Shown here in pieces: positions 37,944 to 51,700 of a DNA stretch of 64,000 bases. Numbering within the stretch: position 1 is the stretch's first letter; the number at the start of each line of letters is the position of its first letter. The stretch lies in contig JAHRHZ010000056.1 of assembly GCA_024137785.1 (NCBI GenBank), positions 13,566,404-13,630,403 on the forward strand. The letters run 5' to 3'. Source of the stretch: Ginglymostoma cirratum (Eukaryota). Made by a program: the position numbers and the translations under genes. The notes under the pieces were generated by a model that saw nothing but the letters and a program-made list of their open reading frames with translations, did no database searches and was not told where the DNA came from.

Positions 37944-40643
37944 TGACAGCTGTATCTAAGGTCTTTTGACACTTATTCCCATTTTGCTATTGTTCGATCT
38001 AAAGTGGTGACTTTAGAGAGCCACACATTGTGCAGCTTTCTGCTGTTTGAAATTCTTTAGTCCTAAAGTTTATCAATGTATGTCACCACTATGCTGTAAA
38101 TAAAGGTGACTACAGTCTTGAATTGATACCTAATGAACAATAACTATTTCTGTGAGAAAACTTTTACAAAAATTTGTGACTGAAGAGTACATCCTAGCTA
38201 TTGCTGCTCTAATTGCTCATTTGTTGGCTTTGTACACAATTTCTTCCTGCTTTCTTCCCTATTGTTGTGGGGAGCTAATTTGTCAGTGGACTTCTGAATA
38301 TGTTTTGAGAGCCCGTGGTAATGCTTGTCTTAATCAAATTTTCTTGATTTATAAATGAATTTAAATTGCAGTAGCAGCTGAAGTGGGAATGAAAGACCAA
38401 ATTGCAAGTGAACTAAATTTAACAATAGATTGAGGTTTTTAATAAACTGTCTGTAGAATACAAATTGAGCAAGGTGTAATGTTGAGTTTCTGGTTTGATT
38501 TTAAATAAGAGAAATCAGTCAGCTGGAGCTAAAGAATGTTACCCAAATGGATATGCAGGCGATTTTAACATGACCTTAAAAAGCAAAATAATGCAAATAC
38601 TTCAAGATCAAAGGAGACTTGATCACCTGAATGCAAACAAAATGCTAGAAGTTGAGGTTTCACCGTCTCAGCTGCTATGCATTTGAGACAAAAATAACAA
38701 ACTGAAAAACAATTCAGGAAAATGGGCTCAAAGCTGAATGTAGAGACATATCTAAATGATTCATTCTTTCATTCTTCAAATTTAAAAGGTGGCTGTGTTC
38801 ACTAGAATGGATGTCGCAAGTTTTAAATGTATTGAATGTCCAAGGAAGTCTAAAATGGCTGGAGACAAATCCTTGCTGTAGTAGGACTTAGCAAAATTAT
38901 TGAGGGAGAAAGGTAGATTCTGACAAACATGCTGAGGTACACAGTTCTTGAAGTACTGGAAGATTGAAAATGCTGACCCGCTAATATTACAAAATGAGAG
39001 ATAGCAACTTCATTTTTTTGTAGGATTTTCTACCACCATAAAACTTAGCAATACACTTTTTTTTAGGCTTGTTTTCAAACTAAATTGGCATGGAGCCACA
39101 CTGGGAGATATTAGGACAGATGGCAGAGTAAGAGGTAAATTTAAACAATTTTCCATAAGTGAGGTGTTGGAGAGGTTTGCGAGGTAATTCAAAGGCTTGG
39201 GAGGTTAAATAGCTAACGGCATAAGTACCAATATGAAGTGAGTTTAAAACTGGAGATATAAAAGATTCTGGGATTGAAGGTGTCATGGTGAAGGAGGATA
39301 TTGGGATGTGGGGAGTGGAGATGTGTGAAAGCAAGAAAGGCAGATTTGAAAACCTGACAGAGCACAGGAGCTCTGACCAGGAAAATATCAGCATAGTTGA
39401 GTCTAGTTAATGAAGTGATCAGTGCAGTTTTCAATGCAATGGAAATTGAAGTTGTCCATCTCTTTAATGGAGAGGATTTGATTGGAAGAGTAATGTCGGT
39501 GACCTCCCTGCCTTCTGCAGTATGAAATCAGGGAATTCATGATTGGAAGTGAAAGGTCATCTGTAGCTTAAGTGACTGGGACCAGTTTCAAAAAGTGTTA
39601 CCTGATAGCTTGTGACTTTGAGAATGCCCCATCCCGAGTAGACTGGAAAGCCGTATGATTGTGGTGTACTTTGGTTTTGAGAAGGCCTTTGATCACGTCC
39701 TCAATGAAATATTTTTCAGGGAATTCAGTAAACTTCAGAATAGTCAGACAGCATGTCAGTCCTTGTTACAAAGGGAATGTCAGGACTTTAAGGGCTGCCT
39801 TCCTGAATGAGTTGTCTCATAGGTCAGTGCAGGGAGCCCTATTCACTTTCTAGGCTAAATGACTGAGCTACAGTAATGGGTGGTAGCACATATGATTACA
39901 TGAATAATCTGTTACATACTAGTGTAAGGAACTTTTTCTGGGTTGTTTGGTATACAAATGGTGCTTTCTAATCATTGAACTTGAATGACACTAATCTTTT
40001 TGAAAGTAAGAATTCGATATACCTGGGTCATATCAATTTGAGGGCGATGGTATAGTGGTTGTCAGATGGAGTGCAATAGGGGATGGGCAGCAAATGCTGA
40101 TCTTAGAAACCATGCTGACGTCCCATGAAAGAATAGGGAAAAATGCACAGAGCCAAATTGGATGCTCCCTCAGGCTGCCGCGAGATTCTGCTTGGTTGAT
40201 TTTACAAATAGATTCAAACATTGTTCAGAAATCTTTACCGTGGCGAAACTTCAGCTGAGACCAGTGAAGTAATCTTTTGTGCCCACTTTGTACTAACTAG
40301 ATCAAAAGTTGGATGTAACTACTGTGAACATTTAAGTCCTGCAATTTTTTTTTAGGCCTGAGGATTTGAGTTAGTGTTGTATGGTGGAAGTAAGTGACAT
40401 GATTTTTGGATGCCCTTTTAGAAGGGAAGGGAGTGCTGACAACTTACAATTTGAGAGGATGGAGATTCTCCATATTGATAACCTAACAACTAAGACTTGT
40501 CAAGCAAGCCATTAATTTGACACCTTTTTAAAACTGCCTTTTAGTTATCCAGTGGATTGTTTGTTTTTTTCATTTTATTGTTTTCTTCAGAGTTGGTTAT
40601 GCTGTGTTGATATATTGCCAGCCACCATTGGGATTATTAACTG

Positions 40644-40720
40644 AGATGGCAAGGTGTGGAACTGGATGAACACAGCAGGCCGAGCAGGAAAGCTGACGAA
40701 AATCGGCAGTTTCTACCATC
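40644..40720 (-). mobile_element. Solo, internally deleted PLE pseudo-LTR arm with 16-bp flanking direct repeat
   Basis: TTGGGATTATTAACTG at 40628-40643 and 40721-40736; insert aggtgtggaactggatgaacacagcaggcc..gagcaggaaagctgacg matches 21803-21891. Confidence 0.75.
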
Positions 40721-43700
40721 TTGGGATTATTAACTGTTCTTTTTCAATGCAGTGGTGGATTCCCCAGCGTAGTGGATACAGTCCACCAACACCACAAACA
40801 AGCCTGTTGCATCTTGTGCCTTAGTGGCCACGCAGTGGGCATTTCAGTAGACTGCTGTCCCAAGAAGGAATGTCCCTTCTCACCTCAACCTGCTGCAAGA
40901 TCAGACTGGCAACCATTAAGCAGCACTGCTTCCTCAGAATCGAAGACTGTGACTGACCAGCGATCTTGAATTCCAAGGGGAGTGGGCAAGGTTGCTGACT
41001 CCTTTTGGATGGTTTGCTTGAAGGAGATTGTAGTAACAGGGTTCAGGAGCAAGGGCAGGTGCTTCCAGTAACCAGTCCCAACTAGAAATTTATGCCTACT
41101 CTTTGTACTGTATGAAACTGCAGCATGTGCTTGTCACTGTATCTGCTGCGAGCTGATTAGGTAGCTGTTTCTTGCAGGTTTGTTTCATGTATCTATGTTT
41201 TGAGACAGTAATGTCTACAAAACACTTTGAGGCGTTCAAACTTTACATTTTAAGCTTATCTCCCATAGTCCTGGGGTGGAGAGTAATAATGTAATTCCTT
41301 GTTCCTGATTTCCTTTCTTCTGTTGGAGTGTACATCCTCCTTTACTAATAGCAATGATGGTGTCCCTAAGCTTCAAGGACTGCAGTGATTCAAGAAAGCA
41401 GCTCACTAGCTCCTTCTCTAGGGCAATTAGGATGAGCAATAAATGACCTAATCGTCAACACCCAGTGTTCTGCTTCCCAAGAATTGTGGAATCCTGTGCA
41501 CTTCTCTTGAAGGGTACGTTAACCTAGACGTTTTAGTCTCAATCCAAATTGCCCCATAATGATTCTTGTTTGAGATCCTGAAACCTTTCTCAATTTCCAA
41601 ATGCATGCGGAAAGAAGAAACTAATCTATAGGGGAGATTAATGGTGTAATGTGTAGGAAATAGCCAGGAATTGTGCCTCACCTACTTATTGAAAATTCTG
41701 CATTTTTTTTTTAAAAGAAAAGGGAAAATGAAATCTTTGGTCTACGTCTTGCCGGTTTGTGTTCCTTTCTGGGGGTTGGGAGCTGTTTCTGAAATTGGAT
41801 TTTTTTTCACTTGCATCTGTTCTATATAAATTTCATGCCTATTGAGGTGAGTTGAATCCCATGCTGGTGGGCAGACTGCTTTCCTCTCCTATATTTGCTG
41901 TTGGTTTCAAGGACTGCCAAAATGTGCTCAAACTAAGTTTCAATTTCCCACACCAACTATCTTTGTCCTTGGACTGAAGCTGTCAGCTTAGTACTGAATT
42001 ATGAGCCCTCTTGCACTGTATGCTTGTGACCTCTAGGAACTCAGTTGAGGCCACTTGCTTAGAAGCTTTGTAAACCTGTCATACTTTTTTAAACTTCAGC
42101 TGTCTGGATTCAAACTTGGGTTTCAGAAGTGAAAGCATAATGTTCTAATTTACTATCCATTCTGAGCTTTGAAAGAGCCCAATATTGTCTGTCTTGTGTG
42201 GAGGCAAAACTACTTCACTTAAGCTAACAGTATTACTGCATACTAAAGAGATTTCAACTTTATAAACCGAATTTGTCTCTGCGCACACATGCTCTGTGCA
42301 TGATGTGTATAGAGGTGCAAGGTAATTACTGCAGTTGGCTGCATGTTGTCAAATGTGATTTTACTTTTTTAAAAAAAGCTATACCTTTTATCAAATAGGT
42401 ATTCTTCATTCCAGCATTTTCTGCATGAAGGATTTGGACAGACACAAAACCAGCTTCTTGCAACTTAAGTTGATGCAAATGTTGCAGTAGAACCGTGCCA
42501 GGATGGACTTTCCTCTGTAGGTTATGGGTGTATTATGTTGTGATGTTGATTCTGTTTTATTCAATTCCTGCTATTCCCTATGTATAATGTTGGGATCTAT
42601 TTTGAGAAGTTGTTGGGATCTGTCCAGTGTCAGCTCCCAGATTCAGATGTTGATGTTGAAGTTGAAATGCTTCCTTGGCTTGCCTCCCATCTTCCACTTG
42701 CTTAATGTTGACTCACCAAAACTGCCCGTTTTCTATCCTGCATTGTAACCGGTCGCCCATCATTGCTGATTTACACTCCTGACTATGCCCAATTTTTGTC
42801 CTAGTGTTTAATCTGATTTTCTTTACTCATTGCATGAGCTGAGAGTCTAGCTATAGCAGAGGATGGGCATCACATTATTGCTCATCCTTAAATACCACTG
42901 AATGTAATGCCTTGAACAGCTACATTCCAGGGAAGGTACATCTGCAATGCTGTTAGGGAGCAGCTTTCTGGATTTTGATTCACACAGGAACGGATCAGTG
43001 ACTTTTGGTTTCGGGTCAGGCGTGTGGCTTGCAGGTGGTGTTTCCATGTGTCTTTTACACTGATTGTTGAGTTGATTCCTTCACACTCTCTGGTTCAAAA
43101 TCTAAGTTGCCTCGCTAACAGTGCTTTGTGCCCATGCACTGTGTAAACTGCAGTGTTTCGAAAATAGTTTCCCACTATCTTCATAAGGACAATTTTAATA
43201 GGGTAGTAATGAGAGTAAAAACAATGTAAAGTTGGGTTTTCATCCCAAAATAGATTCTACCATGGTAGAAAAGATGCAAACATTTATATTTGAATGGTGA
43301 TTGATCCATTGAATGGAAATTAGAAGGCAGAAAAATCATAAGTCTTGATTTCAGCCCATTTCACATGTCATATGCCCAAATGATCCAAATTTGGGAGCTT
43401 CAAATTCAGTCCATTATCTGTGTGCCAAGAGATTAACACCACTTGATCATTTCAAATTTCCACAACAGCCAAGGAGATATTTTCAAGTAGTTGAGTTGGG
43501 GGAAGAAACCTTTCTCTGTTTTAAATTCTAACTTGTTCATTGGATGAAAATGACAAATTTTAAGCTCCTTGCCCAATGCAAATGGAACATGCCCAGGCTT
43601 AAAGTGGGTGCGGAGTGCTTGCCGGTATGTTTGTTGTTGGGCTTTTGCCTTCTACAAACAGAAGTTTCAGAAGGAGTTTGAGACTGTTACCATAGATAGG

Positions 43701-44943
43701 TAAGGACCTTGTCAGTACATAAAGATCAAGGTCTCATAACTGTTGGATGTGAAAGGGATGTTTTTGAACAGGAGTCTCTGCTAGTGCCAGAAATGCGAGA
43801 CCTTAGGCAAACTGCAACCTTGTTTCAAGGTTCGGCAAAGTATTTTAATGGATTTGTTTTAAGGTCAAGAGTCAAGAAATGTGCACTCTTCACTTGTGTC
43901 CAAAAGTAAATCTCTTCATTCTGAAGATGCTTCCTGGAATAACTCTTGTTATTCAAGTGATATTCCTGCTGATTATGGGTACATGATGAACTTCATTGTT
44001 GAAAAAAAGCCTGACGTGAATTGGGACTTAATATGTTAGGAACATTATTGAATTGAGTAGCAAGTGCCAAGTATTTTTGGTATGATGTGATATTGAATTT
44101 GTCCAGATTTAATGTTTTAGCAAAATTTAGATGATTTTTACACTGCACAAGAGACCAAAGGGACTTCTCTATATCATTTGATAATGGGTACATATCCAAT
44201 ATTGAGAACGTGCTTAGAATTTTTCATGAAAGTTGTTGTTTAGGACCATTACAGGCATTTAAGGTTAACTACCAGTTTGAAAGGGGTGTAAATGACATAA
44301 AAATTGCCCTACAATGATGGTGGAATAGACCAGTTTTGCTGCAACTAAAGTGAATGCAAGTTGAATCTTGGTCAAGCCATTAACCATTGATCAAATGCTA
44401 ATATAGCTAGAAGCTGAATCTCTAAAGTATCTATTCATTTTCTTCCCCCAACCACCCACCATACACACTGCCTGTAGCTTGCTTTAGACATCAGTCAGCA
44501 CCAGTTTTCAGAATAACTATCTTAAGATAAGTTTTATATTCATAGCTGTTGTGGATAATACAGCCTAGTACATGTGCACCCTTTTGCAGTGCATGTCTGA
44601 CTGTTTGGGGAATAAAACAGTTTATCCTATGGCTGTCTAAAAGTGCTGTCAACATGCAATCAGAGTTTGAGGCAAAGAACAATTCCATTTGAGGGGGAGT
44701 AGTAAGTGTTCTGATTTGTAATATTGAAATAGTGTTTATGTTTTGTGATTTGAAGTTAACTGCACATTGCGTTTTGGCCAATTAATTTATTCATGGTGAA
44801 TTTTTGTAGTATGACACCCGCTGTCAATTTGGTGATTAATTTTAACTTCAATAACAAGTTGACTTTTAGTGAAGAACAGGGGCCTTACTAATAACAGCCT
44901 GCACTGTAAATATTCTTTGCCAAATTCCTTTTCAACCAGGCGC

Positions 44944-47900
44944 AGTCATAAAGTAATACAGCATGGAAATAAGTCCTTCAATCCAAACTGGTCCATGCTG
45001 ACCATAATACCTACTTGACAAGTTCCAATTGTCTGCATCTGGTCCATATCCATCTAAACCCTTCCTGTCCGTGTACCTATCAAAATGTTTAAATGTTGCT
45101 ATTGTACCTGCCTCAACCGCTTTCTGTGGAAGCCTGTTCCATATAAGCTGTCTGCATGAACAAGTTGCCGCTCACGTCCTTATTAAAGTGAGAGGGAAAA
45201 GATTTAAATCTATGCCCTCTGGTTTTCAGTTCCCCATCCCTGAGGGGAAAAAGACCTAATGCGGTCATCCTATCTATGTCTCTCATGATTTTATACACCT
45301 CAGTAAGATCACCCTTCATTGTCCTATGTTCCAAGGAATAAAGTCCTATCCTGGCCAACCTCTCCCTATAACTCAGGCCTACTAGTCCTGGCAACATCCT
45401 CGTAAATCTTCTATACACACTTTTTCCAGTTAAACTGCCTTTCCTATAACAGGGTGACCAAAACTGTGCACAATACTCCAGGTGTGGCCTCACCAATGAT
45501 TTGTACAACTGCAACAAAACGTCCCAACGCCTGTACTCGGTGCTTTGAACAACGAAGGCCAGCATGCTAAATGCCTTCTTCATGAAACTGTCCACATGTG
45601 ACACCACTTTCAATGAACTATGTACTTGTATTCCTAGGCCCCTCTGTTCCACAACGCTCCTCAGAGCCTTATCACTTACGGTATAAGTCCTAAATTGGTT
45701 TGACGTTCCAACGTGCCACATCTCTCTCATCTGTATTGTATTGAATTGCACTTGCTAATCCTCAGCCCATTTTCCCCATCTGATCAAGGTCCCTCTAACT
45801 TTTGATAACCTTTGCTCTCAACAATACCTCTTAATTTTGTATCATACGCAAACTTACTAATCGTGTCTTATACATTCGCATGCAGATCGTTTATGTAAAT
45901 AACAATTAAAGGTCCTAGCACAGGCTCCTGTGGCACACCATTAATCACAGGCCTCCGATCTAAGAAACAACCTTCACCGTCTGCTTCCTACCATCGAGCC
46001 AATTTTGAATCCAAGCAGCTTGCTCTCCCTGGATCCCATGTGACCTAACCTTTGTTACTAGCCTGCCGTGTGGGACCCTGTCAAAGGCCTAAAAGTCCAT
46101 GTAGACAATATCCACGGCCGTACCCTCATCCATTCTCTTTGAAAAATTAAAGAATTTATTAGACATGACTTCCCATGCACAAATCCATGCTGATTATCCC
46201 TAATCAGACCTTGACTGTCCAAATGTTGGTTGATCCTGTCCTCTGTATCCTCTTCAATAACTTGCCTGCTGATGTCGGGCTGTTTGACCTGTAGTTCCCT
46301 GGCTTGTCTTAACTTAAAGAATGGAACAACATTAGCCACCCTCCAGTCTTCTGGAACTTCACCGGTGGATAAAAATGAAGCTTAAAATCTTGGGAAGGGC
46401 CTCTGCAATATCTTAGCTAGGTTCTCACAATGTCCGAGGATGGATGGGCTTGATCAGGCCCAGGAGACTTATCCACCTTGGTGCACTTGAAGTCTGCAAA
46501 CACCTCTCTGGTAATATGTATGCAGTCCAAGACATTCCCATTTGTTTCCCTTATTTCCTTGGCATCCATGATTCTCTCCTCAGTATTTACTGAGGAGAAA
46601 TATTCATAATTAATCTCCCCTATCTCCTACAGCTCCACACGTAGGTCCCCTTAAAGATCAGCATGGCCATCTATTTCTCCCTAGTTGCTTCCTTACTCTT
46701 ATTATAACCTATAGAACCTCTAGGGATTATCCTTAACCTTATCTGCCAGATCCATCTCATGCCTTTTTTTTGTTTGCTGTTAGGACTTCCCCATTAAGAG
46801 TGCTCCTACACATTTTTATAGTCATCTATGGATTCACTTGAGCCTGAAAGCTTAAACCCAGTGTATGCCACTGCTTTTCTCATGCCCAGAGCCTCCATAT
46901 GCCCTGTTAGCCAGGGATCCCTAAACCTACTGGCTTTCCCCTCACCCTAACAGGGACCTATGCTCCCTGGATTCTTTATCACACTTTAAAAGCCTCCCAT
47001 TTGCCAATCTTTCCTTTTCCTTCAAACAGACTCAGCCAGTTGACCTCTTCTAGGTCCTGCCTAATGGCCCTGCTCCAGTTTAGTAACTTAAAGGCAGGGC
47101 AGGTCCACAGGTTTTCCTTAACCATCTTAAAGCGAAGAGTTATGGTCACTGGCTCCAAAGTGTGCTCCGACTGAAAGTTCAGTGACTTGCCCGACTGTGT
47201 TTCCTAAGAGGTGGTCCTGTGTTGGCCCTCTACGTATTGATTTAGGAAACTTTCTTGGATACATTTGATACAGTCCCTTTTAAACTGTGGGTGGCCCAGT
47301 CAATACAGGGGAAATTTAACATCCCCAACCAATACTACCCTATTATTTCTACAAATATCTACAATCTCTACATAACTGCTCCTCTAGTATCTGGCTAGTT
47401 AGGGGTCTGTAATACAGTCCCAACAGAGTGACCATCGCTGCCTTGTTTGTAAGGTCTAACCATATGGCCTCATTTGATGACCCCTGAAGAATATCCTCTC
47501 TAAGCACTTATGTCCTCCCTTATCAAAAGGGCAACTCCCCCTTCCTTGCTTGCTTGTACTTCTGTTACGTCTGTAGCTTCTATATCCTGGAACATTGAGC
47601 TGCCAGTCCTGCCTTTCTCTCAGCCATGTTTCTGTTCTGGCTGTCATATCCCAGTCCCCAGAGACAATCCATGCTATGAGCTCATCTGCCTTACCAATCA
47701 GGCCTTGTGTTGAAATAAATGCTCTTTAAACCAGAAGCCTTTTCCCTCCCTTTACTGTGCCCTGGCTATCCTGAATTGTAAACTTTTCCTCTTGATGGCC
47801 CCTGTCTTATTCACAGTCCCACTCCTGCCAACCTAATTTGAACCCTCCCAGGTAATACTAACAAACCTGCCCGTGAGGATGTTGGATCCCCTCTGGTTCA

Positions 47901-48790
47901 AGTGCAACTTGTCTGTCTTGTACAGGTCACCTTTTCCCCAGAAGAGATCTCTATGATCCAAGAACTGAAAATCCTGCCCCCACAGCAGCTCCTCAGCCAC
48001 ACATTCATCTGGCCTATCTTTTTATTTCTGTCTTCACTGGCACGTGGCACTGGGAGTAATCTGGCGATCACTACCCTTGACGCCCTACTTTTTAACTTGC
48101 CTAACTCCCCATACTCATTTCGCAGGGTCCCCATCCCTTTGTCTACCTATATCATTTGTACAAATGTGCACAGTGACCCCTAGTTGTTCATTCTCCTTCA
48201 GAATGTTCTGCAACTGCTCAGAGACATCTTTGACCATGGCACCCAGGAGGCAACACACCATCCTGGTGTCTCTTCTGCGGCCACAGAATCTCCTGTCTGT
48301 CCCCCTCACAACTGAGTTTCCTATCAGTATTGCTCTATCTGACTGCACCCTTTTCCCTCCGCCTCAGAGCCAGTCATTGTACCACTGACCTGACTGCTGC
48401 TGCTGCTAGCCCCTGAAAAGTCACTCTTCTCCCTTGCGCCCCCCCCCCCCCCAAAAATTCCAAAGATACTGTTATTGAGAGGAATGGCCACAAGGGAACC
48501 CTGCACTGCCTGCCTGCCTCCCCCTGCCCCCAAAACCTCTTCTCATTGTCACCCAGCTATCTGTAGCCTGCACTTTGGAGTGACCACTTCTTCACTATAG
48601 CTCTTATCAATGATATTCTGTGCATCCTGGATGATCCTGTGCATCCAGCTCAAGTTCCCTAATGTGGTCAGTCAGAACCTGCAGCTGGGTGCACTACTCA
48701 TTGTTGTAGCCACCAGGGACACTGGAAGTCTCCCTGATCTCTCTCATCCTGCCACTGCCCTAACTATCATCTGGACAGAAAGTAGAGTTA
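44944..48790 (-). mobile_element. Near-full-length decayed CR1 LINE (ORF1 esterase, ORF2 APE endonuclease and RT), antisense in intron 2
   Basis: ORF1 SGNH/GDSL-like RAILIGNSVVRGTDRRFCG..VCCLLGAMVKDV..VHICTNDIG (48115-48348). APE TETWL..DWQLNVPGYRSYRRNR (47456-47647). RT QHGFVHGKSCL (46058-46339) and LYKSLVRPHLEYCAQFWSP (45113-45751). Tail at 44944. Confidence 0.95.
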
Positions 48791-51700
48791 GAGTTCTTAC
48801 CTATACCCCTGTTCAGCTTCCTTACACTGAAACCTCTTGATCAAAGGCCTCAGCAATTCCAATCTAACACTGGCCCACTTTCTTTAATAGCTGCTCCCTT
48901 GTACACCTTTACCTTGCCAGATGTCGTCCTCATGAAGTCCTATTTTTGGGTTGGAGGGAGGGAGGCTGGGAAACACCAGTGTAGTGTTTTAGGTTTAATC
49001 GCACCTTGACACCAGGTTCTGACGTCCTGTGCAGTTGTGACGAAAAAAATGAAGATAACGAGTTCAGAATAACAGCCCTTCCATCCCGCCCCATAATGGC
49101 ACCTAGCCTCTCGTCCGTGCTGGGCCTCAACCCCAGACCACACTGGACTTCACCTTGAGGTTCCTGAGGCTGGGAGACCACTCTGAAATCATCGAGGCTG
49201 AAAGTCCACATTGAGGCCATGCTGGGATGCCAAGAGACTGAACACTGAGCTTTCCTGACCTTCCTGTTCGGAACCTCTGTCACATTCACAAACATATAAT
49301 CACGAATATTCTCAAATACTACAATTGATGGAACTAAGATCATGTGTGCATTCTTTGCCAGAAATGAGGTGTGTTCACACATGACTATAAATTTTGGATA
49401 TCTACCTGGCAAGACAGATTGATGCCACTAAACTGAGTGAAACATTTTCCTGCTATTTGGCTCCTTTATTAACATGCCAATATGAGGAAATGCTTAGTGT
49501 TGAAGGAGAAGTCCTTCATGTTGTTTGACTCACGAAATGTCTGTCAACTGCTTGCACTGAGTAAAGGCTGACCAGGCCAATAAGCTTTTCCAAGCAAGGC
49601 AACCACACAGGCTAACACCAAACCTGACTGGAGTGGGCTGGCAAGTGGGGATGAACCCTAAATAAAAGGGGTGGGCTCGATTCAGAGGGCCATAATTTGT
49701 GGTTCTCCTTGTTTATCTCAAACATTGAGTGAAATGTTGGATTTGTATGTGCTCCTGTTTATTACGAATGGTGTGTGGGCCACTGAATGTTGTGGTTTCC
49801 ATGTTTGAAGTGTGATTCCTGGCAGGTATTTGAGGTAATACTACGATTGTGCCAGTAGTGCTACATTGTCATTTCAATGCAACTAGCAGACATTGATTTG
49901 CATTGTAGTTATCTAGTGGAGGTGCCTGACAGCCAACTGCCCATTTGACAGTCCTAAGCAGTGGCAACCTTACAGCTGTTGCACTTGCTTATATCGGCAT
50001 GAATCACTGAGTAGACACTGGTATATACCCTACAGTTCTGTAATTCTACCAGTTTTTGAACTATCCTAGGGCATTGACCTCTACAGCTGCCAGTGTCCAG
50101 GCTCCCTTAATTAATCAGGATTACCTCTTGCCACCCAAAGCAGAGAACTTCCCTTTCTTCCTGGACAGCCTTTAGTAAAGCTTCAGGGGAGGCATTGCTA
50201 AAGCAAACGATCCTAACCCCTGACTGCAGGAGAGATCTGAGATTTAATCACCGAGTGTGATTAAGAGCCAAGCTGTAGATCTTGGTTAAAGACTTGAAGT
50301 TTAGAATTTTACTTTTTAGTTTGCTTTTGCAGTTTATAACACAGTTGCTGACAAACAATTTTTATATTGTGCTGTTGGAGTTGTCGTAAGCTGAAAAACT
50401 TTCCAGGAGATTATTGTTTTGAGTGATCTTTGTTCCTTGTTTACATTGACCTGTTATATTGCACTGGGATTTCTGAATTGGCATTTAATCATTGGCCTTG
50501 ATATTTGGAACACCTGTAGAACTGGAGTAACAAAACAGGATATCCTGCTGTTTCATTTCCTGTACAGATGGTGTCATAGTCTATGGGTTGAACAAGTTGT
50601 GAAATGTGGCTTGAAAAAAGATGGCGAACATTCTGTACTTTTTAGTTCCCAAAGAATGTACCCCTCTTTTAGCCAAGCTTTATATCTTGCTGCAGGACTC
50701 CTGATTTTTCTCAATGGGGAGAGCAGTGTCATTTATGACTATCTAGTAATGACATTTTTTTGGACGATAGCATCCTGTGCTAAAGTTTTTCTTTCTCTTG
50801 ATTGTAGACTAAGTGAGAAGCATTTTTTTTGTGGTGTTAAATGATTATAATTCCTATTCTTGTGATACTCTTTAATGTTTTTGTGGATTGTTCTTAGATT
50901 AGAACCAGTGATAATTCTGGAAGTACCAGCACTCCTTCCTCCTGTGGTGTAGGTCATGCTGTTTTGAGATGCAGTGCCTTAGATGAGATGTAGTGTATAA
51001 TTTTGCTATGTTTTGCAGCTCAAATCGACTTGAAAATGCATTTGAAATCGGCTTCACTGAACATGCAAGCTGCCTTCACTCTCTTGTTGTATATGTAATG
51101 TGGCTTTATTTCGACTTGGAGGTTTCTCTGCACCATAATGCATAACCTATCATCACCAAAGGTAATCTCAATATGAATCAGGCAGATCAATTATTGGTGC
51201 ATAGAAGAGCCAACACAATCAGTTTGTCTTGGGCCAAGTCTTATGGGGCCTGCATGGTCATGTGCAGTAGTGAGTCAATTGTATTTTGGTAATTTTGACA
51301 CCTAGAGAACCTGTCAACGAGTGGTTGGTGCAGACTTTGTAATGGAAAACAAAAAGAGCCTACTGCAGTAATCTTGGTTTTGTACATACAGATAGTGGTT
51401 GCAGCCAGCAGAGCTGCAGTGACTAGTGGATGACCAATATAGAATGATGATTTTTAGCGGTTATTGAAGGTGCACTCTCTAACCTTCACTTTGTATTATA
51501 GAGTGTGACCTTGTTTATATTTAATAAATATCTGCCATACATCATTTTCAACCAATTTGGAACTGAATTATTTTTCCCCCATGGTAATCTCATTTTGAAA
51601 TAATCAAGACTAGCATTGTATTGAATAGCCAGTGAACTTGACCATCTAATGTAAACTGGCACAGTAGACATCCAGTTGGATTAGCTTCTTCACTAATCTC

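Noticed and set aside
45113-45751. 212-aa ORF as a host gene or intact reverse transcriptase
   Set aside because: It is the C-terminal fragment of a frameshifted CR1 ORF2; the neighbouring domains are broken.
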